A stretch of 64,000 nucleotides of DNA from NCBI GenBank assembly GCA_963725865.1, contig CAVSAC010000012.1, forward strand, positions 192,001 through 256,000, read 5' to 3'. The notes beneath the pieces were generated by a model that ran no database searches, had not been told where the DNA came from, and saw only the letters and a program-made list of their open reading frames with translations. This document shows, in pieces, positions 51,201-62,843 of the stretch (the stretch's first letter is position 1; each line of letters begins with the position of its first letter). Made by a program: the position numbers and the translations under genes. This stretch comes from Candidatus Eiseniibacteriota bacterium (lineage in GTDB: Bacteria > Eisenbacteria > RBG-16-71-46).

Positions 51201-52280
51201 GCTCCGCAGAGCGCGCAGATCGTGGTGCTCGGCGTCAACATCAAGGCGCTTGGCGATCTCACGCTGCAGACCCAGCTGCTCCAGAACGTCGGGGCGTTCC
51301 TGCTGGCGACCGAGAGTGCTCCGGACGGGGCGGTCTCCGGGAGCGTGACGCTCGGCCTCGAGAGCGACCGATCCGGAGTGACCGTCACGATGACGCCCGG
51401 TGGCGCCACCACGCTGTCGGCGGCGAATGGCAGCTACTCGTTCTCGAACGTCTACCCGGGCACCTACACGATGACCGCCACGAAGACGGGCTGGGCGCCC
51501 GCCACCCGCACGGGCGTCGTGGTGCTCGGTGGTCAGACCACGTTCGGGCAGGACTTCAAGCTCTACCCGGTCCCGACCTCGTCGGCGTGCGTCTCGCCGG
51601 CGCTGCCGATCCCGGACAACAACGCGACCGGAGTGACCACCACGATCACCGTGCCCGACACGTTCGCGGTGAACGACCTGTCGGTGCAACTCAACCTCAC
51701 GCACACGTTCGTCGGCGACCTGGTGGTCGAGCTGCGGCACGGCGCGACCACGGTGCGTCTGCACAACCGCACCGGTGGGAGCCTGGACAACATCATCGGC
51801 ACCTACCCGACCACGCTGGCGGTGGACGGGCCGGGGACGCTCGCCAACTTCACCGGCGCGACCTCCGCCGGGGTCTGGACGTTGTTCGTCTCCGACCTGG
51901 CGGGCCTCGACACGGGCACCATCAACCAGTGGTGCCTCAACCTGACGGGCGCTCCCGACAGCAGCGTGTACGTGGGTGTGGAGTCGGATGGGATCCCGCG
52001 TGCCGCGGAACTCCTGCCCGTGCTGCCGAACCCGATGCGCGGCTCGGGGGCGACGCTGCGCTTCGCGCTGCCGCACAACGCGAACGCCTCGCTCGCGCTC
52101 TACGACATCGGCGGTCGTCGCGTGCGTACGCTGATCGACGGCGCGCGCGCGGCCGGCGTGCACAGCGTGGTGTGGGACCGCCGCGACGAGCGGGGTCACA
52201 TCGTCGCGCCCGGCGTCTACCTGGTCCGCTTCACGACCGAACGGTTCCAGACCACCCGCCGGTTGATCGTGCTCCAGTAA
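48213..52280 (+). CDS. Secreted M36/M4-like metallopeptidase with propeptide, P-domain and FlgD-Ig CTD
   Basis: FTP-like QVVNGVPVY; HEYGH...GEGFGD...EVH; THTFVGDLVVEL...GVWTL P-domain; CTD PNP...GVYLVRF. Confidence 0.88.
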   Translation: MPRLRFPSSRPWCFATLILATICLIAAHPALAKRAPESSPATAAHAMLLMRHPAPDIEPEALAPMRWEQGAQLQFGEASGIARRYWLRQPGIGSNAAPKTVAESFLQARASVLGLDAAKLGQTLELVSEKESPSGTHFLWRQVVNGVPVYRSDIVIKVSRRGEVSSMQNNLHPGVSVLTEPAFDETRAVEMGVAAVQPTGRALGNYRAELAILPLPAGPRLAYLVDVPVEAPMGDWRVFVDARTGEVIGLEDRMVYADGTGQVFDPDPMSKMGDSSFVDASNANSAVPFPGAYDIRPLLGITLTAGVYHLDGPYARLVETESPVVAPVTATQPDSFRYQRNPTAFEDVNCYYHLDTSERYIQSLGFLNINNRVQEVDSHGLSGADNSHYVPSTKQLAFGDGGVDDAEDADVIWHEYGHSIQDNINPSWGGGQEGAMGEGFGDYWAGSYSLSLYPLFRPNFVFTWDGHNSFWPGRLLIDTAMHYPEDCCGEVHDSGTLWCSGLTDCWYQVGRTVMDRLVLDHHFALGSTATMADAANQIIQSDIDLYGGAHVSVLVARLGNWGFVDPASFVPIITHTPLHDTENTVGPYPVVATVTTTQPLDVDSPRVRWGVGALTDSLVMTPTGNPKEYAASIPGPFSNVDVRYDIVARDVNGGQSTHPLGAPANFHVFHVGTDLTPPVITHTPIADSPSLQWPRTVLATVTDGLGVNPDSVRVDWTLNAVPHVPFYLARVGLTNNYSGAFNSAPGSVSPGDVVTYHISALDLAAVPNAGRNPASGEHSFNIIAALGVVLVLDDDELAKRPETKVVPNDEKTGSGTHLESAGTVDPASVLSANVIASIFTGLGYVVTVESAAASDTTTWPTYSFIVSSSGANTGPVASATYRTALESYVLAGHKLLVEGGEVVYDAASSPGYPTFAARVLHAGTWAADGAGNLQRLAAQAGHPIANVPNVLPATLPIAFVGYGDEDSYTPVPPAYIVYGVTDQPGNGGILVYDDNVAPQSAQIVVLGVNIKALGDLTLQTQLLQNVGAFLLATESAPDGAVSGSVTLGLESDRSGVTVTMTPGGATTLSAANGSYSFSNVYPGTYTMTATKTGWAPATRTGVVVLGGQTTFGQDFKLYPVPTSSACVSPALPIPDNNATGVTTTITVPDTFAVNDLSVQLNLTHTFVGDLVVELRHGATTVRLHNRTGGSLDNIIGTYPTTLAVDGPGTLANFTGATSAGVWTLFVSDLAGLDTGTINQWCLNLTGAPDSSVYVGVESDGIPRAAELLPVLPNPMRGSGATLRFALPHNANASLALYDIGGRRVRTLIDGARAAGVHSVVWDRRDERGHIVAPGVYLVRFTTERFQTTRRLIVLQ

Positions 52281-52300
52281 CATCTCCTCGAGACGCCACA

Positions 52301-52344
52301 CACGACGAGGCCCGGGTCCGCGAGGACCCGGGCCTCTCGTCGTG
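52301..52344. terminator. Long hairpin with GCGA loop between convergent genes
   Basis: CACGACGAGGCCCGGGTCC-GCGA-GGACCCGGGCC(TC)TCGTCGTG. Confidence 0.65.
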
Positions 52345-52418
52345 ACGCCCCGGTGGGTGCGGGCCGCGAGCCGCTCGAGGTGCCGCTCGGGCAACCGAGG
52401 CGGGGCCGCGGCGGCGAC

Positions 52419-52916
52419 TCAGCGGGAGTCCACCCGCATCATCCGGATCCCGACGGCGATCATCGCGCACGAAATCGCGAGCGGCACCCAGACCGGCTGC
52501 ACCCAGAGCGGGTGCGGAGGGATGAGGAACAGCAGGTCGCGCGTGGCGAGACTGGTGGGCCAGCCCACCAGCACGCGCAGCGACACGTAGTAGGCGATGT
52601 CCCAGACTCCGAACACCACCAGGAACGCCCCGACGCGCGCGCGCAGCGAGCGTGCCGCGAGCAAGCCGACCGCCGCGAGCATCACGAGCGTGGCCGCCTC
52701 GCGGCCCTGCTCGGTCGGCACCAGCCACGGCAGCGAGCGCAGCGCGCGCAGCATCTCCGCGGGCTCCGGGGTGGCGTTGCCGCGCGGCATGCCGAGCAGC
52801 GCGCGGATGTAGACCACGACCACCGCCTCGAGCCAGCCCATCGCGGCGGCGAACACCACCACCGCGGCGAGCCGCGAGCGCGGGCGCGCGGCGGCCGCGC
52901 GCGGGCGGACCCTCAT
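52419..52916 (-). CDS. Hypothetical membrane protein
   Basis: AMGWLEAVVVVYIR, REAATLVML, FGVWDIAYY, DLLFLIP; ATG overlaps the polX stop. Confidence 0.75.
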   Translation of the reverse strand: MRVRPRAAAARPRSRLAAVVVFAAAMGWLEAVVVVYIRALLGMPRGNATPEPAEMLRALRSLPWLVPTEQGREAATLVMLAAVGLLAARSLRARVGAFLVVFGVWDIAYYVSLRVLVGWPTSLATRDLLFLIPPHPLWVQPVWVPLAISCAMIAVGIRMMRVDSR

Positions 52917-54832
52917 CAGGCGCCCCGCCGGGGCTTCGCCGCGCCGCGCTTCGAGGGCGCCGGTCGCGCGGCGGAGCCCCGCCGCCGCGCGCTGGCCCCC
53001 GCGGTGGGCGCGGGCTTCGCGGGCGCGGGCTTCTGCACGGTGCGGGGCTTCGCGCCTGCCGGCGCCCTCGCCGCGGCCTGCGCCGGGCGCGCGCCACCGC
53101 GGGCGCCACCGCGGGCGGCGAGCGCCGCGGTGAACCGCTCGAACGGCAGCGTATTGAGCACGTCGTCCTTGGTGAGCCCCGCGCGGCGTCCCTGAAACAC
53201 GCCAAAGCGGAGGTTCTCGAGCTGCCGGGTGGCGTGCGCATCGGTGTCGATCACGAACCGGACGCCTTTCTCGCGCGCCAGCCGCGCGTGGACGTCGTTC
53301 AGGTCGAGCCGATCGGGCGACGCGTTGATCTCCATCGCGACTCCGCGCGCGGCCGCGCGCTCGAACACCCGCTCGACGTCGAACGGCGAGCCCGCCCGGG
53401 TGCCGATCAAGCGCCCGGTCGGGTGCGCCATCGCGGACACGCGCGGATGGTCGAGCGCCTTCAGGACGCGCGCCGTCGCGACGTCGGCCGGCTGGTCGAG
53501 GCGGGAGTGGAGCGAGACGATCACCCAGTCGAGCAGCGCGAGCCCCTCGTCGTCCAGGTCGAGCGCCCCGTCGGCGAGGATGTCCACCTCCAGCCCGTGC
53601 AGCACGTGGATGCCGGGCACCGCTTGGCGCACCGCCGCGATCTCGGTGACCGACTTCCGCACGCGGGCGGTGTTGAAGCCCTGCGCCATCGCGAGGGACT
53701 GCGAGTGCTCGGTGATCGCGCAGTAGGCGTAACCGCGGGCCTTCGCGGCGCGCACCATGGCCTCCAGCGTGTCGCGCCCGTCGCTGCGGTCGCTGTGCAT
53801 GTGCAGGTCGGCCACCAGGTCGCGCTCCTCGAGCAGCCGCGGCAGGCGGCCCTCGCGCGCCAGCGCGATCTCGCCCCGCGCCTCGCGCAGCTCGGGCGGG
53901 ACCCACGCCAGGCCGAGCGCGCGGTAGACCTGCTCCTCGGTGCGCGCGGCGACGACGGTGCCGTCCTTCTCCTTCGCGAGGCCGTACTCGTTCAGCGTCA
54001 GCCCCTGCGCGATCGCCAGCTTGCGCAGCTCGATGTTGTGTTCCTTGCTGCCCGTGAAGTAGAGCAGCGCGGCGCCGAAAGCCTCCACCGGCACCAGCCG
54101 CAGGTCGACCTGCAGCCCGTTGCGCAGGCGCACGCTCGACTTGGTGTCACCGCGGCCGAGCACGTCCACCACGTCCTCGTGGCCGACGAACGCGTCCATG
54201 ACGTCGTCCGCGCGCCCGCCGCACACCAGCACGTCGAGGTCGCCCACCGTCTCCTTGCGTCGCCGGAACGAGCCCGCCAGCTCGACCTGGGTCACGCCGC
54301 GCACCTTCGACACGCGCTCGGCGAGCGCGTGGGCCGCGCTCCAGGCGCCGGCGAGCAGCAGGCGGCCGGCGCTGTGGCTCGCCACCTCGAGCGCCTTGAT
54401 GACGTTCTGCTCGACCTTCTCGCCGAAGCCGGGCAGATCGCGCAGCTTGCCGTCCTTCGCGGCCTGCGCGAGCGCCGCGCGGTCGCGGATGCCGAGCGTC
54501 TCGAACAGCGTCTTCACGCGCTTGGGACCGAGGCCCTGCAGCTCCGTGAAGCCCACGACCTCGAGCGGGATCCGCTTCGCCATCTCGGCGTACAGCTCGG
54601 TCGAGCCGGTGCGCGCGAGGTCGCGGATCTTCCCGGCGAGGTCCTTGCCGATGCCCGGCAGCGCCTCCAGCGCCCCTTCGGTCTCGGCCAGGCTCGCCAT
54701 CGGCTCGGCCTGCGACTCCACCACGCGCGCGCCCTCGCGGTAGGCGCGCACGCGGAACGGATTCGCGCCGTCGATCTCGAGCATGGTGGCGAGGGTGGCG
54801 AGCATCTGGGCGATGTCGGCGTTGGTGCGCAC
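52916..54832 (-). CDS. polX: DNA polymerase X with PHP domain
   Basis: NPFRVRAY, AGSFRR, VGDLD, VDLR, YFTGSKEHN, PHP DLHMHS and TDAH; GTG start. Confidence 0.94.
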   Translation of the reverse strand: MRTNADIAQMLATLATMLEIDGANPFRVRAYREGARVVESQAEPMASLAETEGALEALPGIGKDLAGKIRDLARTGSTELYAEMAKRIPLEVVGFTELQGLGPKRVKTLFETLGIRDRAALAQAAKDGKLRDLPGFGEKVEQNVIKALEVASHSAGRLLLAGAWSAAHALAERVSKVRGVTQVELAGSFRRRKETVGDLDVLVCGGRADDVMDAFVGHEDVVDVLGRGDTKSSVRLRNGLQVDLRLVPVEAFGAALLYFTGSKEHNIELRKLAIAQGLTLNEYGLAKEKDGTVVAARTEEQVYRALGLAWVPPELREARGEIALAREGRLPRLLEERDLVADLHMHSDRSDGRDTLEAMVRAAKARGYAYCAITEHSQSLAMAQGFNTARVRKSVTEIAAVRQAVPGIHVLHGLEVDILADGALDLDDEGLALLDWVIVSLHSRLDQPADVATARVLKALDHPRVSAMAHPTGRLIGTRAGSPFDVERVFERAAARGVAMEINASPDRLDLNDVHARLAREKGVRFVIDTDAHATRQLENLRFGVFQGRRAGLTKDDVLNTLPFERFTAALAARGGARGGARPAQAAARAPAGAKPRTVQKPAPAKPAPTAGASARRRGSAARPAPSKRGAAKPRRGA

Positions 54833-54914
54833 GATCAGGGCCCTCCGTCGGCCGGGTGGAACTTCGACGCGGCGCGCGGCACCGCGCTGGCGGTTCGGAC
54901 GTCGCGCATCGCGC

Positions 54915-57345
<2,431 letters not shown>

Positions 57346-57447
57346 GGCGCGCAGGTTAAGACCCGCGCGGCGGCCCGCGCAACCGGCGTCGGGTCCCCCG
57401 GGGCGGGCGGCTCCGCGCCCCGCGGGCGATTGCGCTAATCTCCCGGC

Positions 57448-58041
57448 ATGCATGCGCTCCACTGGGCGTGGCTGGCGATCATGGTGCTCGGGGTGCTGCC
57501 GTTCGTGGACGCGGCCCGCCTCACGGCCGGGCAGACCTACACCGTGCAGCGCGATCGCGACCGGCTGGCGATGTTCGGCGCCGAGGCCGGGGCGATCGCG
57601 CTCTGGGCGCTGCTGCGCTTCGGGCTCGGGCTCGACCGTGCCCTGCTGCCGCCCGGCCTCGCGCTCGCCGGCGCGCTCGCCGGCCTGGCGCTCACGGCCG
57701 GCGGCATGGGCCTGGCGGCCTGGGGGAAGCTGCGGCTCGGGCGCTGGTTCACCGGCACGTTCGGCGTCAAGGTGGGCCACGAGCTGGTGACCGACGGGCC
57801 CTACGCAGTCACCCGGCATCCGATCTACACCGGGGTGCTGCTGGCAATCGCCGGCGGCGCGCTGGTCTGGGACAGCCTCCTCACGCTGGCCCTCGATGTG
57901 GTAATCCTCGTCCCACTCTGGCGACACACCGTGATCGAAGAGCGATTGTTCGTCGATCATTTCGGTGACGCCTACCGGCGCTATCAACGGCGCGTGCCGC
58001 GGCTCGTGCCCTTCGTCGTCCGTCCACAGGAGAACGCATGA
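57448..58041 (+). CDS. ICMT/PEMT family membrane methyltransferase
   Basis: HELVTDGPYAVTRHPIY, EERL...FGDAY. Confidence 0.88.
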   Translation: MHALHWAWLAIMVLGVLPFVDAARLTAGQTYTVQRDRDRLAMFGAEAGAIALWALLRFGLGLDRALLPPGLALAGALAGLALTAGGMGLAAWGKLRLGRWFTGTFGVKVGHELVTDGPYAVTRHPIYTGVLLAIAGGALVWDSLLTLALDVVILVPLWRHTVIEERLFVDHFGDAYRRYQRRVPRLVPFVVRPQENA

Positions 58042-58487
58042 CCGAACCAAAGGCCACCGCGCTCCAAGCGAGCGCATTCGCGAGCGTCGCCCGGGCTGCA
58101 CTCGAGAAGCACGTTCCCGAGGCGACCAAGGGTTCGGCCGCGTGGGGCATCAAGACCAACCTGGTGTGGATCCGCTGGCACCGCGGCGACGGCGCCAACG
58201 TCTACCTCGGACTTCGCCGCCATCTCGGATGGGTGACCGGCGAGGCCGGCATCTCGGCCGAGCGGCAGGAGCTCGAGGCGCTGCCGCTGCGCACCGAGGG
58301 CGAGGACACGACCGCGTGCATCCGCGCGCGCGGCTACCGCGTGCGACTCGGCGAGATCCTGCACGAGGAGGACCGCTGGTGGCCGGCCGGCTCCACCACC
58401 GATGAGCTGCGCCAGCAGCTCGAGTGGATCGTGCTCCAGTTGCACGCGAAGGCCGACGGGTACCTGCTGAGGCACCCGCTGCCGTGA
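58038..58487 (+). CDS. Hypothetical protein
   Basis: AGGAG RBS; ATGA overlap with the upstream gene. Confidence 0.7.
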   Translation: MTEPKATALQASAFASVARAALEKHVPEATKGSAAWGIKTNLVWIRWHRGDGANVYLGLRRHLGWVTGEAGISAERQELEALPLRTEGEDTTACIRARGYRVRLGEILHEEDRWWPAGSTTDELRQQLEWIVLQLHAKADGYLLRHPLP

Positions 58488-58600
58488 TTCTGCGGGCCCC
58501 CACGCTCTGAGCCGGAATCCTCTCGCAGCCTCGAGGCGAGCCCACGAGCCGGCCGTACGAGTAGCGCGGGCCGTGGCCGCGCTGCGCACCCGCCCGGCGG

Positions 58601-58882
58601 TCAGCCTCCGCTCACGGCGGGCACGATGCTGATCTCTGCCCCGTCCGGGACCGGGGTCGCGAGGCCACCCGTCCAGCGGATCGCCTCGCTCCCCACGAAC
58701 ACGTTGACGTGCGGGCGCACCTCGCCGCGTTCGGTGACGACGCGGTCGCGGACGCCGGGATGTTCCGTCCACAGCGCCTCGAGCGCGTCGCCCACCGTGG
58801 CGGGAGCGCGCGCCAGGGTGATGCGTGCGGCGCCCTGGGTGAAGGCCATCAGCGCGGCCGGCACCAGGAACGTCACGCTCAT
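58601..58882 (-). CDS. MoaD/ThiS family ubiquitin-like protein
   Basis: VRPHVNVFVG...EISIVPAVSGG*; GGAGG RBS. Confidence 0.92.
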   Translation of the reverse strand: MSVTFLVPAALMAFTQGAARITLARAPATVGDALEALWTEHPGVRDRVVTERGEVRPHVNVFVGSEAIRWTGGLATPVPDGAEISIVPAVSGG

Positions 58883-58884
58883 GC

Positions 58885-60288
58885 CTACCTCCGTCGGGCT
58901 CGCTGCTTCGTGACCGCCGTGCGGCGCGCGCGCGTGGCGCGACCGCGCGTGGTCGGCTTCGGCGCGGCCTTGCGGCGGGCGCGTGCGGCCGGCTTCGCCG
59001 TGGAACGCGTCCGGGTGCGCGCGGCCTTCGCCTTGCCGCGGCCAGCGCTCGCGCGCCGCGTGGTGGCCTTTGCCCGCGGCGCCGCGGCTTTCGCGCCCGC
59101 GCGTCGCCGGGGTGCCGCAGCCTTCGCGCCCGCGCGCCTCGTGCGCGGCACCCGCGCCTTGGCCGGATCGCCGACCACCGCGGCCTTCACGCACAGGATC
59201 GGGGGCAGGCCCTCGCGCACCAGGTCCCAGTGGTGCCCGCCATCGGGCGAGGCGAACAGCTTGCCGCTGCGGGTGCCGAAGTACACGCCCGCCGGATTGA
59301 GCGCGTCGCAGTCCAGCCCATCGCGCAGCACCGTCTCGAGCGCGTCCTTCTGCGGCAGCCCGTCGGTGAGCGGCTCCCACGAGCGCCCGCCGTCGCGGGT
59401 GCGGAACACGCGCAGCCGGCCCTCGGGGGTGCAGCGAAAGCCGTCCGACTCCAGCGGCACGATGTACACGGTGTCCGGATCGTGCGGGTGCATCGCCATC
59501 GCGAACCCGAAGTCCGACGGCACGTCGTGCGCGATGTCCTGCCACGAGGCCCCGGCGTCGTCGGTGCGATACAGGCCCCAGTGATTCTGCAGGAACAGCC
59601 GCTCCGGCCGCGCCGGATGCGCGACCACCTTGTGCACGCACTGCCCGAACTCGGGATGCGGGTCGGGCAGGAACTGCGCGCGCACGCCCTTGTGCGCGGT
59701 GCGCCACGTGGCGCCGCCGTCCTCGGTGCGGTAGACGCCGCCGGTCGAGATCGCGACGTGCATGCGCCGCGCGTCGGTCGGATGCGGCACGATGGTGTGC
59801 AGGCACAGCCCGCCGAAGCCCGGTTGCCAGCGCGCGCGATGCGGGTGGTCCCACAGCCCCTTCACCAGCGACCACGAGGCGCCGGCGTCGCGGGACTCGA
59901 ACAGCGCCGCCGGCTCGACACCGACGTAGAGCACGTCGGGCTCGCTCGCGCGACCGGGCCGGATCTGCCACACGTGGTTCAGCGTCGCTCCGGTCTCGGA
60001 GGGGAAGCGGATCGGCCGCTGCTCGGGGTCGCTCCACGAGCGCCCGAAGTCGTCGCTCGCGCTCAGGCCGGGGCCCCAGTGGTACGAGAGCGTGCCGGCC
60101 CAGACGCGATGCCGCTTGGCGCGGCCGTCGTAGCCCATCGCGTAGATCGCCTGGCCCGGGAAGTAGGGGCCGCCGGCCTCCCAGCGGGAGCGGGCACCGT
60201 TGGAGCGCAGCAGGAACGCGCCCTTCGCGGTGCCGACCAGCAGCACGACGTCGCCTTCCTTCGCCGTGACGTGACGGACAGCGGGCAT
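58885..60288 (-). CDS. BNR/Asp-box beta-propeller protein with basic C-terminal tail
   Basis: Paralog of 151-1263 (GGLCLH, PEFGQCVHK, QNH, PSDFGF); A/K/R-rich tail. Confidence 0.88.
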   Translation of the reverse strand: MPAVRHVTAKEGDVVLLVGTAKGAFLLRSNGARSRWEAGGPYFPGQAIYAMGYDGRAKRHRVWAGTLSYHWGPGLSASDDFGRSWSDPEQRPIRFPSETGATLNHVWQIRPGRASEPDVLYVGVEPAALFESRDAGASWSLVKGLWDHPHRARWQPGFGGLCLHTIVPHPTDARRMHVAISTGGVYRTEDGGATWRTAHKGVRAQFLPDPHPEFGQCVHKVVAHPARPERLFLQNHWGLYRTDDAGASWQDIAHDVPSDFGFAMAMHPHDPDTVYIVPLESDGFRCTPEGRLRVFRTRDGGRSWEPLTDGLPQKDALETVLRDGLDCDALNPAGVYFGTRSGKLFASPDGGHHWDLVREGLPPILCVKAAVVGDPAKARVPRTRRAGAKAAAPRRRAGAKAAAPRAKATTRRASAGRGKAKAARTRTRSTAKPAARARRKAAPKPTTRGRATRARRTAVTKQRARRR

Positions 60289-60391
60289 GGCAGTCCTCCT
60301 GTCGTGGGGAGTCGAGGGTGCCGGTAGGCTAGCACCGCGCGACCGGCGGCGAATAGAGCTCGCGGGACGGCGTGGCTCGCGGCCGCGCGCC

Positions 60392-61462
60392 TCAGCGCAC
60401 GGGGCCGGCGCGCGCGAGCGGCCAGTACCGCAGCGTCACGCGGCCGCGCAGCGAACTCGAGGCGACCGGGCCCCAGAAGCGACTGTCGTTCGAATTGTCG
60501 CGGTTGTCGCCGAGCACGAACACGCACCCCTCCGGCACGCGCAGCGGGCGGAGATTGTCGCGCGGACTGACCTCACCCGGCTGCACCTTCGGATCCCCGT
60601 GCACGGCGTAGGACTCCGCCAGCGCGCGGCCGTCGATGAATACCACCTTGTCCTGGATCTCGACGGTCTCGCCCGGCAGTGCGATCACGCGCCTCACGAA
60701 GCTCGCGGTGGGCGGCGACGGCCCGAGCATCACCACCACGTCCCCGCGCGCCGGCGGTCCGGACGGCCAGCGAGACGCGAACATGCGGTCGTCGAGCTTC
60801 AGTGTGGGACTCATGCTCTCCGAGGGGACGCGGTAGGCCCTCAGGGCGACCGCCTTCACCGCCATCGAGAGCACGCCCGCCAGCAGCGGCACGACCACCG
60901 CGAGCTGCGCGAGCCGGCGGATCGGTCCGGCGTTGACCTCGCGTCGGGACGGTGAGCCGCGGTAGGCGAGCACGGCGGGGACGATGCCGTAGGCGGCGTA
61001 CAGGAGGTTGCCGAGCAGCGCCGGCAGTCGCACGAGCACCGACGCGACGACGAGCGTGCCGAGCGCGAACGCGATCCCCGGGAGCCACTGGCCCTGCGCG
61101 AGGTGGCCGAGACCCGGCCACAGCCGCGACAGCAGCACCACCAGCCACGCGTCCGTACCCGCGGGGGCGAGTTCGTCCGCGAGCACGACGGGCCGCCCCC
61201 GGTCCATGAAGTACGCGTGCGCCAGGCCACCGAGCGCGATCGCGATCGCCCCCGCCGCGCAGGCGACGAACAACGCGAACGAAGGCGGCCACCACGCCGC
61301 GGCGACGAACGCAGCAGTCGCCAGCAGGACGTAGCCCGCGATCAGCACGCCGCCGGCGACGCGATGCCCGGCCCACAGCTGTCCCAGGCCGGGCCACGTG
61401 AACGAGAGATTCACGGCGTACCAGGGCGAACGAGGCCGCGTCCCCTCGGGTAGGCTCGACAT
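60392..61462 (-). CDS. lepB: Signal peptidase I with long membrane N-terminus; catalytic Lys reads as Arg
   Basis: PSESMSPTL, FVRRVIALPG, GDNRDNSNDSRFWG. Confidence 0.85.
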   Translation of the reverse strand: MSSLPEGTRPRSPWYAVNLSFTWPGLGQLWAGHRVAGGVLIAGYVLLATAAFVAAAWWPPSFALFVACAAGAIAIALGGLAHAYFMDRGRPVVLADELAPAGTDAWLVVLLSRLWPGLGHLAQGQWLPGIAFALGTLVVASVLVRLPALLGNLLYAAYGIVPAVLAYRGSPSRREVNAGPIRRLAQLAVVVPLLAGVLSMAVKAVALRAYRVPSESMSPTLKLDDRMFASRWPSGPPARGDVVVMLGPSPPTASFVRRVIALPGETVEIQDKVVFIDGRALAESYAVHGDPKVQPGEVSPRDNLRPLRVPEGCVFVLGDNRDNSNDSRFWGPVASSSLRGRVTLRYWPLARAGPVR

Positions 61463-61478
61463 GGATGGCCTCCGGATC

Positions 61479-62843
61479 CTAGGGACGGTCCCAGACCAGC
61501 GTCGCCACGCTGACGACCGAGCTGTCGGGCTCGGCGCTCTGCTCGTAGTGCAGCAGCCGCCCGGCGCCCGGCTCGGCGCACCGCAGCAGCGCGTACGTGG
61601 GCGCGAACCCGCAGATGCGCGTGACGTCCTGTTGCTCGGCGATCGCCGCGAACCACCCGTCGGCGTCGCCGCGCCGCGCGGCGTCGAGCGCCGCGCGATC
61701 CACCGCCTCGATCTCGGACTTCGCGCGCTCGTCGATCGCCGCGTCGCCGAAGCGCGGGCCCACGTGCGAGAGATCGACCGACGCCAGGTACAGGGTGTCG
61801 CCCGGCTGGGCCGCCACGGTGGCTCGCACCGCGTCGATCAGCGCCTCGAATCCGGCGTCCTCGCGCGGCGTCCTGCCGTCGTCGAGCAGCGCGTGGAATC
61901 CGCCGCACACGATCGGCACGATCGCGAACGGGCGGGTGCCGAGCACGTGCCGCAGGTAGACCGCCGCGAACTCGATCGAGTGCTCGTCGCGGTGGGCGAG
62001 CTCGCCGTGGTAGGCGGCCTCGCCGAGCCGCGCCGCCAGCGCGTCCACGAACGCGATGTCGCAGGCCACCGCTCCGAACGGGGTCTCGTAGCGCTTGCGC
62101 GTGAGCGCGTAGGCGTCGCCGAAGAGCTGGTGCCCGGTCCCGAACACCACCACGCGCAGCGGCGTGGTCGCCGCGCGCCCGATCTCCATCAGGCCGCGCG
62201 CCATCGCGGGGCCCGCCCGGCGCGGATCGAGGTGCGGGACCAGCACGGCGCGCGGCAGCGCGGCGGCGGCGGGTGCCGGCTCGCCCGCGGCGGTGCGTGC
62301 GGCCTCGGCCGCCGCCAGGTGCGCGTCGATCGCGCGCGCGCACTCCGCGGCGTCGGCGGGATACGCCTCGCCCTCGAACATCGACTGGCGCACCTCGAGC
62401 GCGTGGTACTCGTCGCGCACCGTCTGGTAGGCGGCCTCGTAGCGGGGCGAATCGAGCATCAGAAGTCGGTCGAGCTGGCCGATGAACTCCTTCACCATGC
62501 CGCCGACCCGCAGGTCCTTGCTCTCGCGCATCACCGCGGCGGTGAGATCGGTGAGCGACGTGCGGCCGTCCAGCAGTTGGAGCAGCCCGAGCGATTCGAA
62601 CGACAGCGCGGCGGGCGCCGGCATGACGCCCAGCGGATCGTTCACGACCAGCACCTCGCGCTCGCCTTCGCGCGCAACCGAGAGCATCAGCGGGCGCAGC
62701 CGCGGGAATTCCGGCAGCTCCTCCGCATCGTCCACGCGCGCGCCCGGCGGCAGCACGATGCGCGAGCCGGTGGTGGGCTCCGCGGCGCCGGGGATGATGA
62801 GCCGGCCGGGGCGCGGGGCGTCGTCGGGTGTCTCGATCGGCAT
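61479..62843 (-). CDS. MEMO1/AmmeMemoRadiSam protein B with N-terminal extension
   Basis: PHLD, GTGH, EHSIEF, SVDLSHVG, ICG. Confidence 0.88.
   Translation of the reverse strand: MPIETPDDAPRPGRLIIPGAAEPTTGSRIVLPPGARVDDAEELPEFPRLRPLMLSVAREGEREVLVVNDPLGVMPAPAALSFESLGLLQLLDGRTSLTDLTAAVMRESKDLRVGGMVKEFIGQLDRLLMLDSPRYEAAYQTVRDEYHALEVRQSMFEGEAYPADAAECARAIDAHLAAAEAARTAAGEPAPAAAALPRAVLVPHLDPRRAGPAMARGLMEIGRAATTPLRVVVFGTGHQLFGDAYALTRKRYETPFGAVACDIAFVDALAARLGEAAYHGELAHRDEHSIEFAAVYLRHVLGTRPFAIVPIVCGGFHALLDDGRTPREDAGFEALIDAVRATVAAQPGDTLYLASVDLSHVGPRFGDAAIDERAKSEIEAVDRAALDAARRGDADGWFAAIAEQQDVTRICGFAPTYALLRCAEPGAGRLLHYEQSAEPDSSVVSVATLVWDRP

Noticed and set aside
48234..52394. Very long antisense or alternate-frame ORFs (also 9982-12069, 11783-14629, 22834-25923, 28871-31702)
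   Set aside because: R/A/G/P-rich shadows of real genes, expected at this GC content; no recognisable motifs
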